A stretch of 64,000 bases of DNA from Bryobacterales bacterium. Its GTDB lineage: Bacteria; Acidobacteriota; Terriglobia; Bryobacterales; Bryobacteraceae. The first letter of the stretch is position 1. Each line of letters begins with the position of its first letter. The notes under the pieces were generated by a model. The model did no database searches and had not been told where the DNA came from. It saw only the letters and a list, made by a program, of their open reading frames with translations. Made by a program: the position numbers and the translations under genes. Shown here piece after piece: positions 1 through 10,133 of this stretch. The stretch lies in contig JADZBH010000066.1 of NCBI GenBank assembly GCA_020852175.1, positions 18,208-82,207 on the forward strand. Reading direction: 5' to 3'.

Positions 1-269
1 GTGTCCGGCCCCAACCCCGTCATCAACGACGTCCGCGACGGACTGCACAAGGGGAACTGCGTGTAGGCGCGGTCGAACCGCACGCCGCGCGCCGCCAACC
101 GGTCCAGGTTCGGCGTCTTCACCACGGGATGCCCGTAGCATCCCAGCGCGTTGTTCATATCATCGGTGGAGATGAACAGGACGTTGCGCTTCGGACCGCC
201 GCGCGTCTGCGCGCCCAGTCCACCTGCAAACGCGGCCGCTCCGGCCAGAAAGTCCCTGCGATTCATCAT
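1..269 (-). CDS. Sulfatase (S1 family), N-terminal fragment running off the left window edge
   Basis: Manual reverse translation from ATG at 269 gives [21 protein letters not shown] (twin-arginine leader), [12 protein letters not shown] and [11 protein letters not shown] (Cys-type C-x-P-x-R formylglycine motif). Absent from the ORF track because it has no stop codon in the window. Confidence 0.85.
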   Translation of the reverse strand, partial: MMNRRDFLAGAAAFAGGLGAQTRGGPKRNVLFISTDDMNNALGCYGHPVVKTPNLDRLAARGVRFDRAYTQFPLCSPSRTSLMTGLGPD

Positions 270-325
270 GGCGGTCCCCATTGTATCCGCACCAGGGCGC
301 CAACCGGGATACACTTGACGCTTCC

Positions 326-1999
326 ATGCGCCACCTCTCCCTGACCCTGCTGTTCGCCTTGGCCCTGGTATCCGCACCGGCACAGGTCTCCTCCACGCCC
401 ACGGTTCCTGCCGGCGTCATCCTCGATCGCGAAGTACCCTATTCCAACGTCCTGGGAGGCATCGTCCATATGGACGTCGCCCGCCCCCAATCCCGCGGCC
501 CGCACCCGCTTGTCGTTCTCATCCACGGTGGCGGCTTCCGCGCCGGCGACCGCTCCTCCTACCTTTCGTTCGCCTTCCGCCTCGCGCAGGAGGGCTTCAC
601 CGCCGCCACCATCGGCTACCGGTTATCGCCCAAGTTCCAGTTCCCCGCGCCCCTCCACGACGCCAAGTCCGCCGTTCGTTTTCTCCGCGCCCACGCGCGC
701 CGCTTCGACATCGACGCCAACCGTGTCTGCGCCCTGGGCTCCAGCGCCGGAGGCCACCTTGCCCTCATGCTCGGTCTCACCGCGGGCATCTCCAGCTTCG
801 AAGGCGACGGCCCCTTCCCCTACGAGTCCTCCCAGGTGAACTGCGTGGTTTCCTATGCCGGCCCCACGGACTTCACGCGTATTTACGCCAAGGGCTTCGA
901 CGCCGCCGCCGTCCTGCCTCAGTTTCTGGGCGGAGACCTGCGCACAGCCCTTGCCGCCCACATACAGGCCAGTCCCATTTCCTGGGTCTCACCGGATGAC
1001 GCCCCCGTCCTGTTCATTCACGGCACAGCCGACAATTATGTTCCCTACGAACAGGTTCTGTGGCTCTCCGAGCGCCTGGCCGAAACAGGCGTCGAAGCCC
1101 AGATCGCCACGTTTCCCGGAGGCGGTCACGGCCTGCGCGGCCCGCAGCGCGTGGACGCCGACAACCGCGCCGTGGAGTATCTGAAATCGAAGCTGATGCC
1201 TGAGTCCCGGCCCGCGCGCCGGCTCTGGGTGGCCAATCACGCCCGCGACGGCGCAGCGATGCTGATCGACTGGCCCAGCGGCCGCGTCCTGCGCTCCATC
1301 CCCAACAACGGCGGCCACGACGTCCAGCCGCTCGCCAACGGCAACGTGCTCATCACCACGGGCCGCGCGGCCCGCGTCGCCGAGTATACGCCCGGCGGCC
1401 TCGAAACCTGGTCTCTCACCTCGCTGCACGGCTTGCAATACCCCGTCTGTGCTTCGCGCCTGGCCTCCGGCAACACTCTCGTCAGCGACACCATGGCCTC
1501 CCGCGTGGTTGAATTCGACCGTTCCGGCAAGGTGGCTTGGCAATTCACCGATCCCAGCTTCAAACCCGGTTACCTGCGCTGCGCGCGCCCCACGCCATCG
1601 GGTACGGTCCTGATTTCCAATGAGCACGATTCGACCCTTCTCGAGGTGGACCGCTCCGGCAGGATCGTCTGGCGCTGGCAGATGCCCAACGCCGGGGCCC
1701 GCCGCACCTACCAAGCCCTCCGCCTGCCCGATGGGACCACCGCCGTTTCCATCTCCGAGCCCGGCGAAGTCCTCTTTCTCGACCCCTCGGGCAGGATCAT
1801 CCGCTCGCTCGGCAACGGAGGCGACCCTACGCACGGCATCAAGTTCGGCTGGGCCTCCGGCTTCCATATCCAGCCCGATGGCGGCATTTTCATCTCCGAC
1901 TACTCCGGCCGGCGCATCGTCGAGTTGAACGCCAAGGGCGAACTGGTGCATGAACTTCGCACGCCCAACTGGGCCGTCGCCAGCGTCTGGGCTCCGTGA
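326..1999 (+). CDS. Secreted alpha/beta-hydrolase (carbohydrate-esterase/lipase-like) fused to a C-terminal beta-propeller
   Basis: Track ORF 281..1999. ATG at 326 begins a signal-peptide-like [21 protein letters not shown]. Oxyanion motif HGGGF and nucleophile elbow GSSAGG are present. The C-terminal ~280 aa contain 5 blade-like repeats ([85 protein letters not shown]). Confidence 0.8.
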   Translation: MRHLSLTLLFALALVSAPAQVSSTPTVPAGVILDREVPYSNVLGGIVHMDVARPQSRGPHPLVVLIHGGGFRAGDRSSYLSFAFRLAQEGFTAATIGYRLSPKFQFPAPLHDAKSAVRFLRAHARRFDIDANRVCALGSSAGGHLALMLGLTAGISSFEGDGPFPYESSQVNCVVSYAGPTDFTRIYAKGFDAAAVLPQFLGGDLRTALAAHIQASPISWVSPDDAPVLFIHGTADNYVPYEQVLWLSERLAETGVEAQIATFPGGGHGLRGPQRVDADNRAVEYLKSKLMPESRPARRLWVANHARDGAAMLIDWPSGRVLRSIPNNGGHDVQPLANGNVLITTGRAARVAEYTPGGLETWSLTSLHGLQYPVCASRLASGNTLVSDTMASRVVEFDRSGKVAWQFTDPSFKPGYLRCARPTPSGTVLISNEHDSTLLEVDRSGRIVWRWQMPNAGARRTYQALRLPDGTTAVSISEPGEVLFLDPSGRIIRSLGNGGDPTHGIKFGWASGFHIQPDGGIFISDYSGRRIVELNAKGELVHELRTPNWAVASVWAP

Positions 2000-2079
2000 C
2001 CGCGAGGCGGCGAAAGCTTCAGGAATCGATTCCTCTCACATGACTTCGCTAAAATGGCCATTCTCGCGTACAATCCTGA

Positions 2080-2883
2080 GTGACACGAATGGCCGCCGCA
2101 CCTAAACGTCCTAAACTGCTCCTGGAAGAGCGCCGGCGCGCCATCGTGGAGATGGTGGAGGCGCGGGGCCGCATCATGATCGCCGACCTGGTGGAGCACT
2201 TCGGCATATCCGCCGTCACCGCGCGAGCCGATCTCGACGCGCTCTCCGGTACCGAAGCGGTCGTCCGCTGCCACGGCGGCGCGGTGCGGGCATTGGAGCC
2301 GACGCGCGACTATCCGGTCACGTTCAAGGCATCGATCCACCGGCCGGAGAAGCTGCGCATCGGCCAGGCAGCGGCCAAACTGGTCCGCGCGGGTGAAACC
2401 ATCATTCTGGACAGCGGCACCACCACGCTTGAAATCGCGCGGCGGCTGAAAACCATGGGGCTGCGCGGCGTGACCGTCATCACTAACGCACTGAACATCG
2501 CCGCCGAGTTGGCCGGCGATTCGGGCGTGACGCTGATCATGGTCGGCGGCATCTACCGCCAGATCTCATCCTCGTTCGTCGGCCCGCAGGCCGAAGCCAT
2601 GCTGCACGAACTGCACGCCGACCGTTTCTTCCTCGCCGTCGACGGCCTGGACACGGAGTTCGGCCCCACCACGCCCGACATTCTGGAGGCCCAGTTGAAC
2701 GGACGCATGATGGAGGTGGCCAAGGAGACCATCGTCGTCAGCGATTCCAGCAAACTGGGCCGCCGCAGCCTGTCGCGCATTGGCCCCATCGAGAAGGTAG
2801 CCCGCGTCATCACCGACAAGCGCGCCTCCGAAGACTGCGTGCGGCAGTTGCGCGCCAAGGGTGTCGAAGTGATCCTGGCCTGA
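2080..2883 (+). CDS. DeoR-family transcriptional regulator
   Basis: N-terminal DeoR-type wHTH (RRRAIVEMVEARGRIMIADLVEHFGISAVTARADLDAL) and C-terminal DeoRC sugar-phosphate sensor domain (IILDSGTTT, ITNALNIA, FFLAVDG). The track start is GTG 2080; ATG 2089 is an alternative start. Confidence 0.85.
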   Translation: MTRMAAAPKRPKLLLEERRRAIVEMVEARGRIMIADLVEHFGISAVTARADLDALSGTEAVVRCHGGAVRALEPTRDYPVTFKASIHRPEKLRIGQAAAKLVRAGETIILDSGTTTLEIARRLKTMGLRGVTVITNALNIAAELAGDSGVTLIMVGGIYRQISSSFVGPQAEAMLHELHADRFFLAVDGLDTEFGPTTPDILEAQLNGRMMEVAKETIVVSDSSKLGRRSLSRIGPIEKVARVITDKRASEDCVRQLRAKGVEVILA

Positions 2884-2902
2884 GCAGGCGCCGGGCCGCG
2901 GG

Positions 2903-5900
2903 CTAGAACGTCAGCCGGAGACGTAACCGGATCGTGCGCCGGCTATCGACGCCTTCCTGCTGGTAGCTGGAGATCAGGCGGCCAAAATCCGGGTTGCGCT
3001 GCACATCCTGCACCACGGGCTTCAACGTCTTGGCGTCAACACCCAGCGTGAAGTTGCCCAGCGAGCCGATGTCATAGTTATCCGGCGACTTCAGCGGGTG
3101 GTTCAGAATGTTGTTCATATCGGCGCCGAGTTCGATGCGTACCCGCTCGCGGACGCGGAAGTTCTTGCGAATGCCCATATTCAGGCCGAAAGTGCCAGGA
3201 CCGGAGAGAAGATTGCGCACCGCCACCGAGGGATTGGTGAACAGGTCGGCGCCCAGGGGCATCAGGCCGAAGGCGTCGGGGTTCCAGATCCGGTCGCCCG
3301 ATTTCACGTTGGGGTCGCCGGTGACCACGGGCCGGAACGTGGTGCCGTAAAAGCCCCCCGTGGCGTCCAGCGAGCCCGAGGCGACGTTGCCGGGCATGAT
3401 GGGGTCGCAGTTGTCGCAGATCCAGAACGGCGAAAACGGCGTGCCGGATTTGGCGAAGGCCTGCCAGGAAAGCTGCCAGCCGCCCACCAGGGCATCCAAC
3501 GCCTTCGGCATGTCCGCGCCATAGCGGCCGCCGCGGCCCAACGGCGACTGCACGATGCCGTAGGTGATCAGGCGTTGCCGCGAGGTGAATGCATCCATGC
3601 CGTAGTCGGCCGACGGGTTGAACTGGTTGTAGGCCGTGCCGCCGAGGCTCGAATTGCCGGTATCGGGCGAGGTCGACTTCTGATCGAGCAGCGTGTAGGA
3701 AATGTTGAACGTGAGGCCGTTGGCGAAACGGCGGTTCACCTCGGCCTGGAAGGCGTTGCTGCGGCCGTGGCCGAAGTTCTGGAACGAGGTGAGATAGCTG
3801 CTCAGGCCCGGATAGGGCAGCCGCGCCAGGTCGGCGGCCGAGTAGTCGCAGTCGAAATCGTCCGGCGTGCAGGGTGTCACGCCGTCGCCCGTCGTGGTGG
3901 CCATCGGCTTGTCGTTGGCTGGAATCATGTTGTAATCCACGCCTGAAATCAGCCGTTGCATCGTGGTGCCGAGATAGGAGAGCCGGATCCCGGTTTGCCA
4001 GCCGAGCGAACGCTCCAGGGTCACGTTGTATTGATGCACCCGGGGCTGTTTCAAATTGAACGGAACCCAGTTGCCCGAGATAATGCCGCTGAGGGCGCTG
4101 GTGACGCCGCCCGACATGGGACTGGTGGCCGGACCGTTGCCCGTGGGCCAGCCAGAGAGCGGAGCCACGGTCGAATTCTTCGTCAAGCCCACCTGGAACG
4201 AGTTGGTGGCCAGCGGGTCGCGGATGCCCTGCGCCGCCGAGGTCGGGTAGAACAACCCCCAGCCGCCCCGGATCACCATCGTGTCGGTGACGCGCCAGGC
4301 AAGGCCGATGCGGGGAGCGATGTTGCCATAGTCCGTTTTCACGAGAGAACGCGGCACGCCCAGGGTATCGGCCGTGGTCACGCCATAGGCGATGAAGCGC
4401 GGGTCGATAAACTTCAACGTGCTTTCGTCCGGCACGACGAAACGGCCCTTGCGGCCGCCCGGGCCGGTAAAGTCCGGATCGAAGTTCACCATCAGGTTGT
4501 TGTTCTCGGTGAACGGGCTGACAATCTCATAACGCAGCCCGATGTTCAGCGTCAGACGCGGGTGAATCTTGAAATCGTCCTGGGCGAAGTAGCCTTGCTC
4601 CCAGTTGTGCACGTCCATGGGCGGCCGGAACTGGTTCACATAGCTGACCGTGTTGGCGGGCATGCCCATCAGGAAGCGGGCCAGCGGATCGGAGCCCGCG
4701 CCGCTGTAATTGATCAGCCCTCTCGGATTGCCGCGGCCGCTGGTGAAGCCGTCCTTGGCGGCGTTGCGCACCCAGTCGGCGCCGAACTTGAAAATGTGCC
4801 GGCCCTTCACCCAGGTCAGCGTGTCGCCAAAGGTGATCAGGTTCTGGTCGAAGGGGCGGTAGGTGTTGCGGCCGCCATTGCCGAGACCCTGGAAGGCCGA
4901 ACCGATGTTGATCGCCGGATGGCCGTAGGTGTCCAGCGTGGACTGGCCGATCACGTCGCCATACGCCTTGATGTCGCCCTCGGTGAAGCCGATCGACTGC
5001 AGGAAGCCGCGCATCACGGTGTTGCTGTGCCGCAGGAACGGCACGCGGTTGAAGCCGCCTCGGGCTTCGTTGATCACCGTTGGCGCGAACATGTGCGTCT
5101 CGGAGATGGAAACCGTGTCGTTGCGGCGGTCGTTCTGCGTCAGACCGAGCGAGACGAACGGCGCGGCCACGGAACTGCTGGCGAAGCTCTGGCTTTGCGC
5201 GTTGTACACCACATACATGCGGTCCCGCTCGCTGAAATCGTGATCCACGCGCAGCGTGCCGAGGTTGCGGTTGGAAGCGCCGGGCAGGATCGTGGAGTAG
5301 TCGAGCAGCCGCCCGTTGCTCGCGACGATCGGAGCGTCCGTGCTCACCTGCGGAAAATAGGTTTGCACCAGCTTTCCGGTGATGGGGTTCATCAGGCGGG
5401 ACGGGATGCGCACGAACTTCGCCCCGGCGCCGTTCAGCGTATTTTGCGCCACCTCGGCGGCCGTCAGAGTGACACTGGCCGGAACGTTGGGCTTGATCCC
5501 GTCCGCCACTTTCGAAAAATCGCCCGACAACAGCGAGGGGTGCGGCAGACGGGTGTTCCGCACATACACCGGGTTTCGCGAATATTGCTTCTCAAAGGCC
5601 GCGAAGAAGTAGGTGTTTTTCAGCTTTGGGAGAGGCCCGCCGAATGACCCGCCGAACTCGTTCAAGTTGAAACGCGGCGTCGGATAACGGCCCACGGCGG
5701 CGGAGGGCGTGAAAGCGGACTGCCCGTTCTTGTCCCGCAAATCCCAGGCAGCCAGGGCGAAGTTCTTGTTGTCGTAAAAGAGCGAACCATGATACTGGCT
5801 GCCGCCACGCTTGGTGCTGATGCGGATGTTGGCGATGCCGGCGTACTCGGCGGTGAAGGTGTTGGAGAGCACCGTCAGCTCGCCGATGGTTTCCAGCGAG

Positions 5901-6511
5901 GGCTGGCTGGTGGTGGGACCGCCGCCCACGCCGCCGTTGGTGCGCTGGCCGTCCAGCGAGAAACTGGCCCCGTAGCTCTGCGCGCCAATGAACTTAAAGG
6001 TGCCGTTCGAGTTGCTCTGGGTCACGTTGGGGTTCAGGTAGAGGAAGGAGGTATAGTCGCGGCTGTCGCGCGGCAACTCGGTTACCTGCTGGTTGTTCAG
6101 CGTGCCGCCCACGGTGGGGTTGTCGGTCTGCACCACGGGGGCTTCCTCGCGGACAACGATGGTTTCGGCCGAGCGGGAAACCTCCAGACGCCCGTCCGCG
6201 CGCGCCGTGGTGGCGCCTCGCAAAGCCACTCCGCTCAGTTCCAGCGTGTTGAACCCCTTGGCGGAGATCGTAATCCGGTAGACGCCCGACTTCAGCCCTA
6301 CCGCCTCGTACTCGCCATACGCATTCGTGGCGTACTGGCGCGCGGACTGCGTACCGGTGTCGGTGATGGTGACAGAGGCGGCGGGAATCACGCCGCCGGA
6401 GCTATCGACCACCAAACCGCGGATGGTGCCAAGGTCGGTACCCTGCCCCCAAAGAGCGAGGGTGAGGCAGAAAAATAAAGAGGCGCCGCGAGTTGCCGTA
6501 GGGTGGCCCAT
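2903..6511 (-). CDS. TonB-dependent outer-membrane transporter with CarboxypepD_reg-like N-terminal domain
   Basis: Track ORF 2903..6541. AAGGAGG lies 7 nt upstream of ATG 6511, which favours that start (MGHPTATRGASLFFCLTLALWGQG signal). N-terminal fold signature GTIRGLVVDSSGGVIPAASVTITDTGT..YRITISAKGF. About 1200 aa of barrel sequence, with C-terminus ..RLRLRLTF ending in an aromatic residue as in OM beta-barrels. Confidence 0.85.
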   Translation of the reverse strand: MGHPTATRGASLFFCLTLALWGQGTDLGTIRGLVVDSSGGVIPAASVTITDTGTQSARQYATNAYGEYEAVGLKSGVYRITISAKGFNTLELSGVALRGATTARADGRLEVSRSAETIVVREEAPVVQTDNPTVGGTLNNQQVTELPRDSRDYTSFLYLNPNVTQSNSNGTFKFIGAQSYGASFSLDGQRTNGGVGGGPTTSQPSLETIGELTVLSNTFTAEYAGIANIRISTKRGGSQYHGSLFYDNKNFALAAWDLRDKNGQSAFTPSAAVGRYPTPRFNLNEFGGSFGGPLPKLKNTYFFAAFEKQYSRNPVYVRNTRLPHPSLLSGDFSKVADGIKPNVPASVTLTAAEVAQNTLNGAGAKFVRIPSRLMNPITGKLVQTYFPQVSTDAPIVASNGRLLDYSTILPGASNRNLGTLRVDHDFSERDRMYVVYNAQSQSFASSSVAAPFVSLGLTQNDRRNDTVSISETHMFAPTVINEARGGFNRVPFLRHSNTVMRGFLQSIGFTEGDIKAYGDVIGQSTLDTYGHPAINIGSAFQGLGNGGRNTYRPFDQNLITFGDTLTWVKGRHIFKFGADWVRNAAKDGFTSGRGNPRGLINYSGAGSDPLARFLMGMPANTVSYVNQFRPPMDVHNWEQGYFAQDDFKIHPRLTLNIGLRYEIVSPFTENNNLMVNFDPDFTGPGGRKGRFVVPDESTLKFIDPRFIAYGVTTADTLGVPRSLVKTDYGNIAPRIGLAWRVTDTMVIRGGWGLFYPTSAAQGIRDPLATNSFQVGLTKNSTVAPLSGWPTGNGPATSPMSGGVTSALSGIISGNWVPFNLKQPRVHQYNVTLERSLGWQTGIRLSYLGTTMQRLISGVDYNMIPANDKPMATTTGDGVTPCTPDDFDCDYSAADLARLPYPGLSSYLTSFQNFGHGRSNAFQAEVNRRFANGLTFNISYTLLDQKSTSPDTGNSSLGGTAYNQFNPSADYGMDAFTSRQRLITYGIVQSPLGRGGRYGADMPKALDALVGGWQLSWQAFAKSGTPFSPFWICDNCDPIMPGNVASGSLDATGGFYGTTFRPVVTGDPNVKSGDRIWNPDAFGLMPLGADLFTNPSVAVRNLLSGPGTFGLNMGIRKNFRVRERVRIELGADMNNILNHPLKSPDNYDIGSLGNFTLGVDAKTLKPVVQDVQRNPDFGRLISSYQQEGVDSRRTIRLRLRLTF

Positions 6512-6598
6512 GAGAGATCCTCCTTGCATAGTACACAGCAAAAATACTACAAAGAGAAACTAATCGCAATATTTATGCAAGCATAGAACGACAAACTG

Positions 6599-7771
6599 CT
6601 AGAAGCCAGGAAGACGAGGCCAGGCGGGAATGGGACCGGTGAGCGGGCTCAGATAGTCGAGGAACGCGGGCGTGACATCGGAACCGTCCGAGGCGATGAA
6701 ATCCGCTGGCAGCAGGCGTTCCAAGCCAGCCACCCGTTCCAGAGGGGCCAGGAACACGGAGGCGGCGTAGGGCTCCGAGGAATCGCGCCGGAGGGCGGTC
6801 ATCACGCCCGTGGCACCGGCGGCGGCGGCCTCCGCGGCGGCTTGGCCGCACAGAAGTGCGCCTTGGCGATCCGCAAGCGTAACAAACAAACCGCAAGAAC
6901 GGCCCACCAGCCCTGGCTTTTCCGCCCGGGCTCGCAGTCCAAGTTTCGCCGTGAGCGCGCGGGCCAGCGTATGGCCCAGATTCGAGGCAAGTTCGTGCGC
7001 GAGGCTGCCGGGACGGTCCACGTCGGCGCCAAACGGTTGCCCGCGTTCGTCGCGCTGCCCTTCGCACACGGCGATGAAGACCCGCCCCAGCCTGCGGTAG
7101 ATGCGCTCCGCGGCCGTGGCGATGGCATCGAGGCTCAGACGGCTCTCGGGGAGCAGAATCAAGTGGGGCGCGTCGTCCTGATGACGCCGGGCCAGGGCTG
7201 TGGCGGCGGCGATCCATCCGGCATTGCGCCCCAAAACCTCCAGAATGCAAATGGGAGAAGGCAGGGAGCGGTTGTCCTCGCCGGCATCGCGGGCGGCGCA
7301 GGCGAAGAAGCGGGCCGTGGAGGCGTAACCTGGCGAGTGGTCGGTCTCCATCAGGTCGTTGTCGATCGTCTTGGGGATGCCGATCACCTGTAATTCATAG
7401 CCAGCCGCGCGCGCGCACCGCTCCACGCGCAGCGCCGTACCCATGCTGCCGTTGCCGCCCGTGTAAAAGAAGCGGCGGATCTCCTGGCGCCGGAACTGTT
7501 CCACGATGCGCTCGCAGTCGCCATCAAGCAGAGGTTGGCGGCTGGAGCCGAGCGCTGAACCGGGAGCGAGTGCGATCTCATTCCAAAGTTCGTCGCCGTG
7601 GGCGGAAAGATCGGCGAAACGCCCTGCGAGCAATCCGGGAATCCCGCCCGGCGCTCCAAACACGAGACCGCCCGAAGCGCGAACTCCCCGCACGAGTCCC
7701 GCCAGGCTGGCGTTGATGACGGCGGTTGGACCGCCGCCGTGCGCCACCACCGCTTTGGAAGGAACCGGCAT
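6599..7771 (-). CDS. Phosphofructokinase-family sugar-phosphate kinase (atypical active-site signature)
   Basis: N-terminal loop KAVVAHGGGPTAVINASL, TGGNGSMG (canonical GGDGS) and IGIPKTIDNDL catalytic motif. The start codon (7769..7771) directly abuts the stop codon of the upstream BNR gene (7772..7774). Confidence 0.8.
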   Translation of the reverse strand: MPVPSKAVVAHGGGPTAVINASLAGLVRGVRASGGLVFGAPGGIPGLLAGRFADLSAHGDELWNEIALAPGSALGSSRQPLLDGDCERIVEQFRRQEIRRFFYTGGNGSMGTALRVERCARAAGYELQVIGIPKTIDNDLMETDHSPGYASTARFFACAARDAGEDNRSLPSPICILEVLGRNAGWIAAATALARRHQDDAPHLILLPESRLSLDAIATAAERIYRRLGRVFIAVCEGQRDERGQPFGADVDRPGSLAHELASNLGHTLARALTAKLGLRARAEKPGLVGRSCGLFVTLADRQGALLCGQAAAEAAAAGATGVMTALRRDSSEPYAASVFLAPLERVAGLERLLPADFIASDGSDVTPAFLDYLSPLTGPIPAWPRLPGF

Positions 7772-10066
7772 CTAGCGCCGTTCCGCCACGGGCGTAACAA
7801 TATCTTCGGCAGCCTTGGCATCGCCGGCCGCGGGGCCGTGCCAGACGCCCCCGCCGAAGGTAGTCACGAAAATCCTGTCCGGCCGGACGGGATCCATCAC
7901 CACGCGGTGCCCCCATTTGAAGTTATAGCCGCGCAGCCGTTGCCAGGCCGCGCCGCGGTCCGTGGAGCGCCATACAGAGCCGCTGAAACCACACGCGTAG
8001 AGATGGTTGGGGTTCCTCTGGTCCTGGGTGACGTCGTAGATATTCCGGTCGCGGTCGAAGAGGCGCTTCCAGGAGGCTCCGCCGTCGGTGGAAAGCAGAA
8101 TGCCTCCGTCGCGGTTCACAGGCCGCGCGGCACGGCCCCACAGCGAAAGGTAGAGACGTTGGGGATCTTCGGCATCGACGGTAAGTGCGTTCGGTCCGTT
8201 CACACCTTCCGGCAGCGGCACGCGCGTCCAATGCTCGGCACCGTCCGTGGAGCGGTACAGCGCGCCATCCAGCGGACCGCCAGCGCTGCCGTCCTCGCTA
8301 CGCCGGGCTACCACCAGCCACAACGCGCCATCGCGCGGCGATTCGGTGAGACGCCAGGCAAACGGTTCCTCGCCTTCGATGCCCTGATTCTTGAGCGTCC
8401 AGGTGCGGCCGCCATCGGTGGACTTATAAACGCCGCGGCCGAACATGGTGACGTAGAGCGTGCGTGCGCCCGGCGGGCTCTTGCGGTCGAGCAGGATGTG
8501 CGTGGCGGCTCCCTGCGGAAGCTGGGCCGCGAGCGCCTGCCAGGTTTTGCCGCCGTCGCTGGTTTCGGCCACACCGCCGCGATAGCGCGAAACGGGCATC
8601 TGCCGCCACATCTTGGGACGCGGCAGGTCATGCGTGCCGCTCAGCGCCACCCAGGCGCGGCCCTTCACCTCGGGGTCGAATTCCATCCAGTAAGAGGTAT
8701 TCACCCAGCGGTCCGGCATGCCCTCCGAGGAGGGCGTCCAGGTGTTGCCGCCATCCTCGCTGCGAAACAGACCGATGTCGGTGAAGTCGATGAACATGCG
8801 CCGGGAGTCGTGGGGATCCCAGTGGAGACCGTACACGGTGGTGACATCGAGTCCGGTGGAGGTGAATGCGCCATTGGACATGCGGCGCGAGTAGACGGCA
8901 TGCCAGGTCGCGCCGCCGTCCGAGGAGCGCATGGTGCGGCCGAAGTCGGTCGTATAGACAAGATCCGGATCGTTGGGCGACACACCGATGGTGAGAGGGT
9001 ATCCGCCCCAGCCGGGACCGAACCGCGCGTTGATCCACGCATCGGTGACATTGGAGGCGGGGGCGCCGGGCAGATCGCGCCAAACGGGGTTCCAGGTCTT
9101 CCCCCCGTCGGTGGTCTTGGCCACACCAAAGGCGCGCTCGGTGTCGCGTGAGCGGGCAAAGGAGGCATAGGCGGTGAGCGGGTGGCGGCGCGAGGCGGCA
9201 ATGGCCGGATAGAGAGTTGCGTTGCCGATGAGCTTGGTGTCCCACGTACGACCCAGATCGGCGGAAGAGTGGATGCCGGAGGCGGAAGTGGCGTAGAGGC
9301 GCGAGGCGGGGCCGTCGAACCCGGCGCTGGCGTCGATGATGCCGCCCGGCGCGGGGCGGGCATCGAAGACACCGGGCGTTCCCTCCACAAGGATGGCCTT
9401 GGCGGTCGCCGCGATCAGCTTTTTCCCGCCTGGTTCAAACCAGAGCTTCAACGCGGGCTCAGGCAACCTGGCGTAGGTGGTCCATGTGGCGCCGCCGTCA
9501 GGCGATGTGAGAATCGACGAGCCCGAGCGGGCCTCATGAAGGGCCAGAAAGAGACGCTTGGGCGTGGCGGGATCTTGCGCGATGGCGTTCATGCGGGGCT
9601 CGGAGCCGTCCTTCATGACGATGCGCTCGCCGGCGTGATCGCCCGTTTGTTCGATGCGGTCCATTTGGCCGGGCGGCGGGTAGAGCATGTGCCAGGTCCT
9701 GCCGCGATCGGCGCTGCGGAACAGCGCGATGCTGGCGGCATAGATGACGTTGCGGTCGCACGAATCGAACTCGAAGAAGCCCACTGTGCCGCGCAGGTGG
9801 AACAGGCGCCAGCTTGCGCCTCCATCGTGCGATATGTAAGCGCCCCCCATGTCGCAGCGCACCAGGACAAGCTTCGGATCGTGCGGGCTGACGGTAGGCA
9901 GGTACATGGCCCCGCCACCGCCGGGTCCAATCACGCGCCAGCGGTCCAGGCGGGGCGCGGCGGCGCTGGACGGCCCGGGCGGGTTGGCGTCTTCCGCGAC
10001 GGCAAGGGAGGCTGTGAGTGCGAGAATGAGGAGCGCAACGCATCCGGACTTTCGATTGATTTCCAT
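7772..10066 (-). CDS. Secreted BNR/Asp-box repeat protein, probably two tandem beta-propellers (GH74/sortilin-VPS10-like)
   Basis: Signal peptide MEINRKSGCVALLILALTASLAVA. Twelve Asp-box motifs S-x-D-x-G-x-x-W counted by eye (SHDGGASW, SADRGRTW, SPDGGATW, SADLGRTW, TTDGGKTW, SSDGGATW, SEDGGNTW, TSDGGKTW, STDGGRTW, STDGAEHW, STDGGASW, STDRGAAW). Confidence 0.8.
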   Translation of the reverse strand: MEINRKSGCVALLILALTASLAVAEDANPPGPSSAAAPRLDRWRVIGPGGGGAMYLPTVSPHDPKLVLVRCDMGGAYISHDGGASWRLFHLRGTVGFFEFDSCDRNVIYAASIALFRSADRGRTWHMLYPPPGQMDRIEQTGDHAGERIVMKDGSEPRMNAIAQDPATPKRLFLALHEARSGSSILTSPDGGATWTTYARLPEPALKLWFEPGGKKLIAATAKAILVEGTPGVFDARPAPGGIIDASAGFDGPASRLYATSASGIHSSADLGRTWDTKLIGNATLYPAIAASRRHPLTAYASFARSRDTERAFGVAKTTDGGKTWNPVWRDLPGAPASNVTDAWINARFGPGWGGYPLTIGVSPNDPDLVYTTDFGRTMRSSDGGATWHAVYSRRMSNGAFTSTGLDVTTVYGLHWDPHDSRRMFIDFTDIGLFRSEDGGNTWTPSSEGMPDRWVNTSYWMEFDPEVKGRAWVALSGTHDLPRPKMWRQMPVSRYRGGVAETSDGGKTWQALAAQLPQGAATHILLDRKSPPGARTLYVTMFGRGVYKSTDGGRTWTLKNQGIEGEEPFAWRLTESPRDGALWLVVARRSEDGSAGGPLDGALYRSTDGAEHWTRVPLPEGVNGPNALTVDAEDPQRLYLSLWGRAARPVNRDGGILLSTDGGASWKRLFDRDRNIYDVTQDQRNPNHLYACGFSGSVWRSTDRGAAWQRLRGYNFKWGHRVVMDPVRPDRIFVTTFGGGVWHGPAAGDAKAAEDIVTPVAERR

Positions 10067-10133
10067 GCGGCTTTCGTATACTTATCTATTGAACAGTTCG
10101 TAGTATACAGGACGGGAAAGGCGGGCTGGAGTC

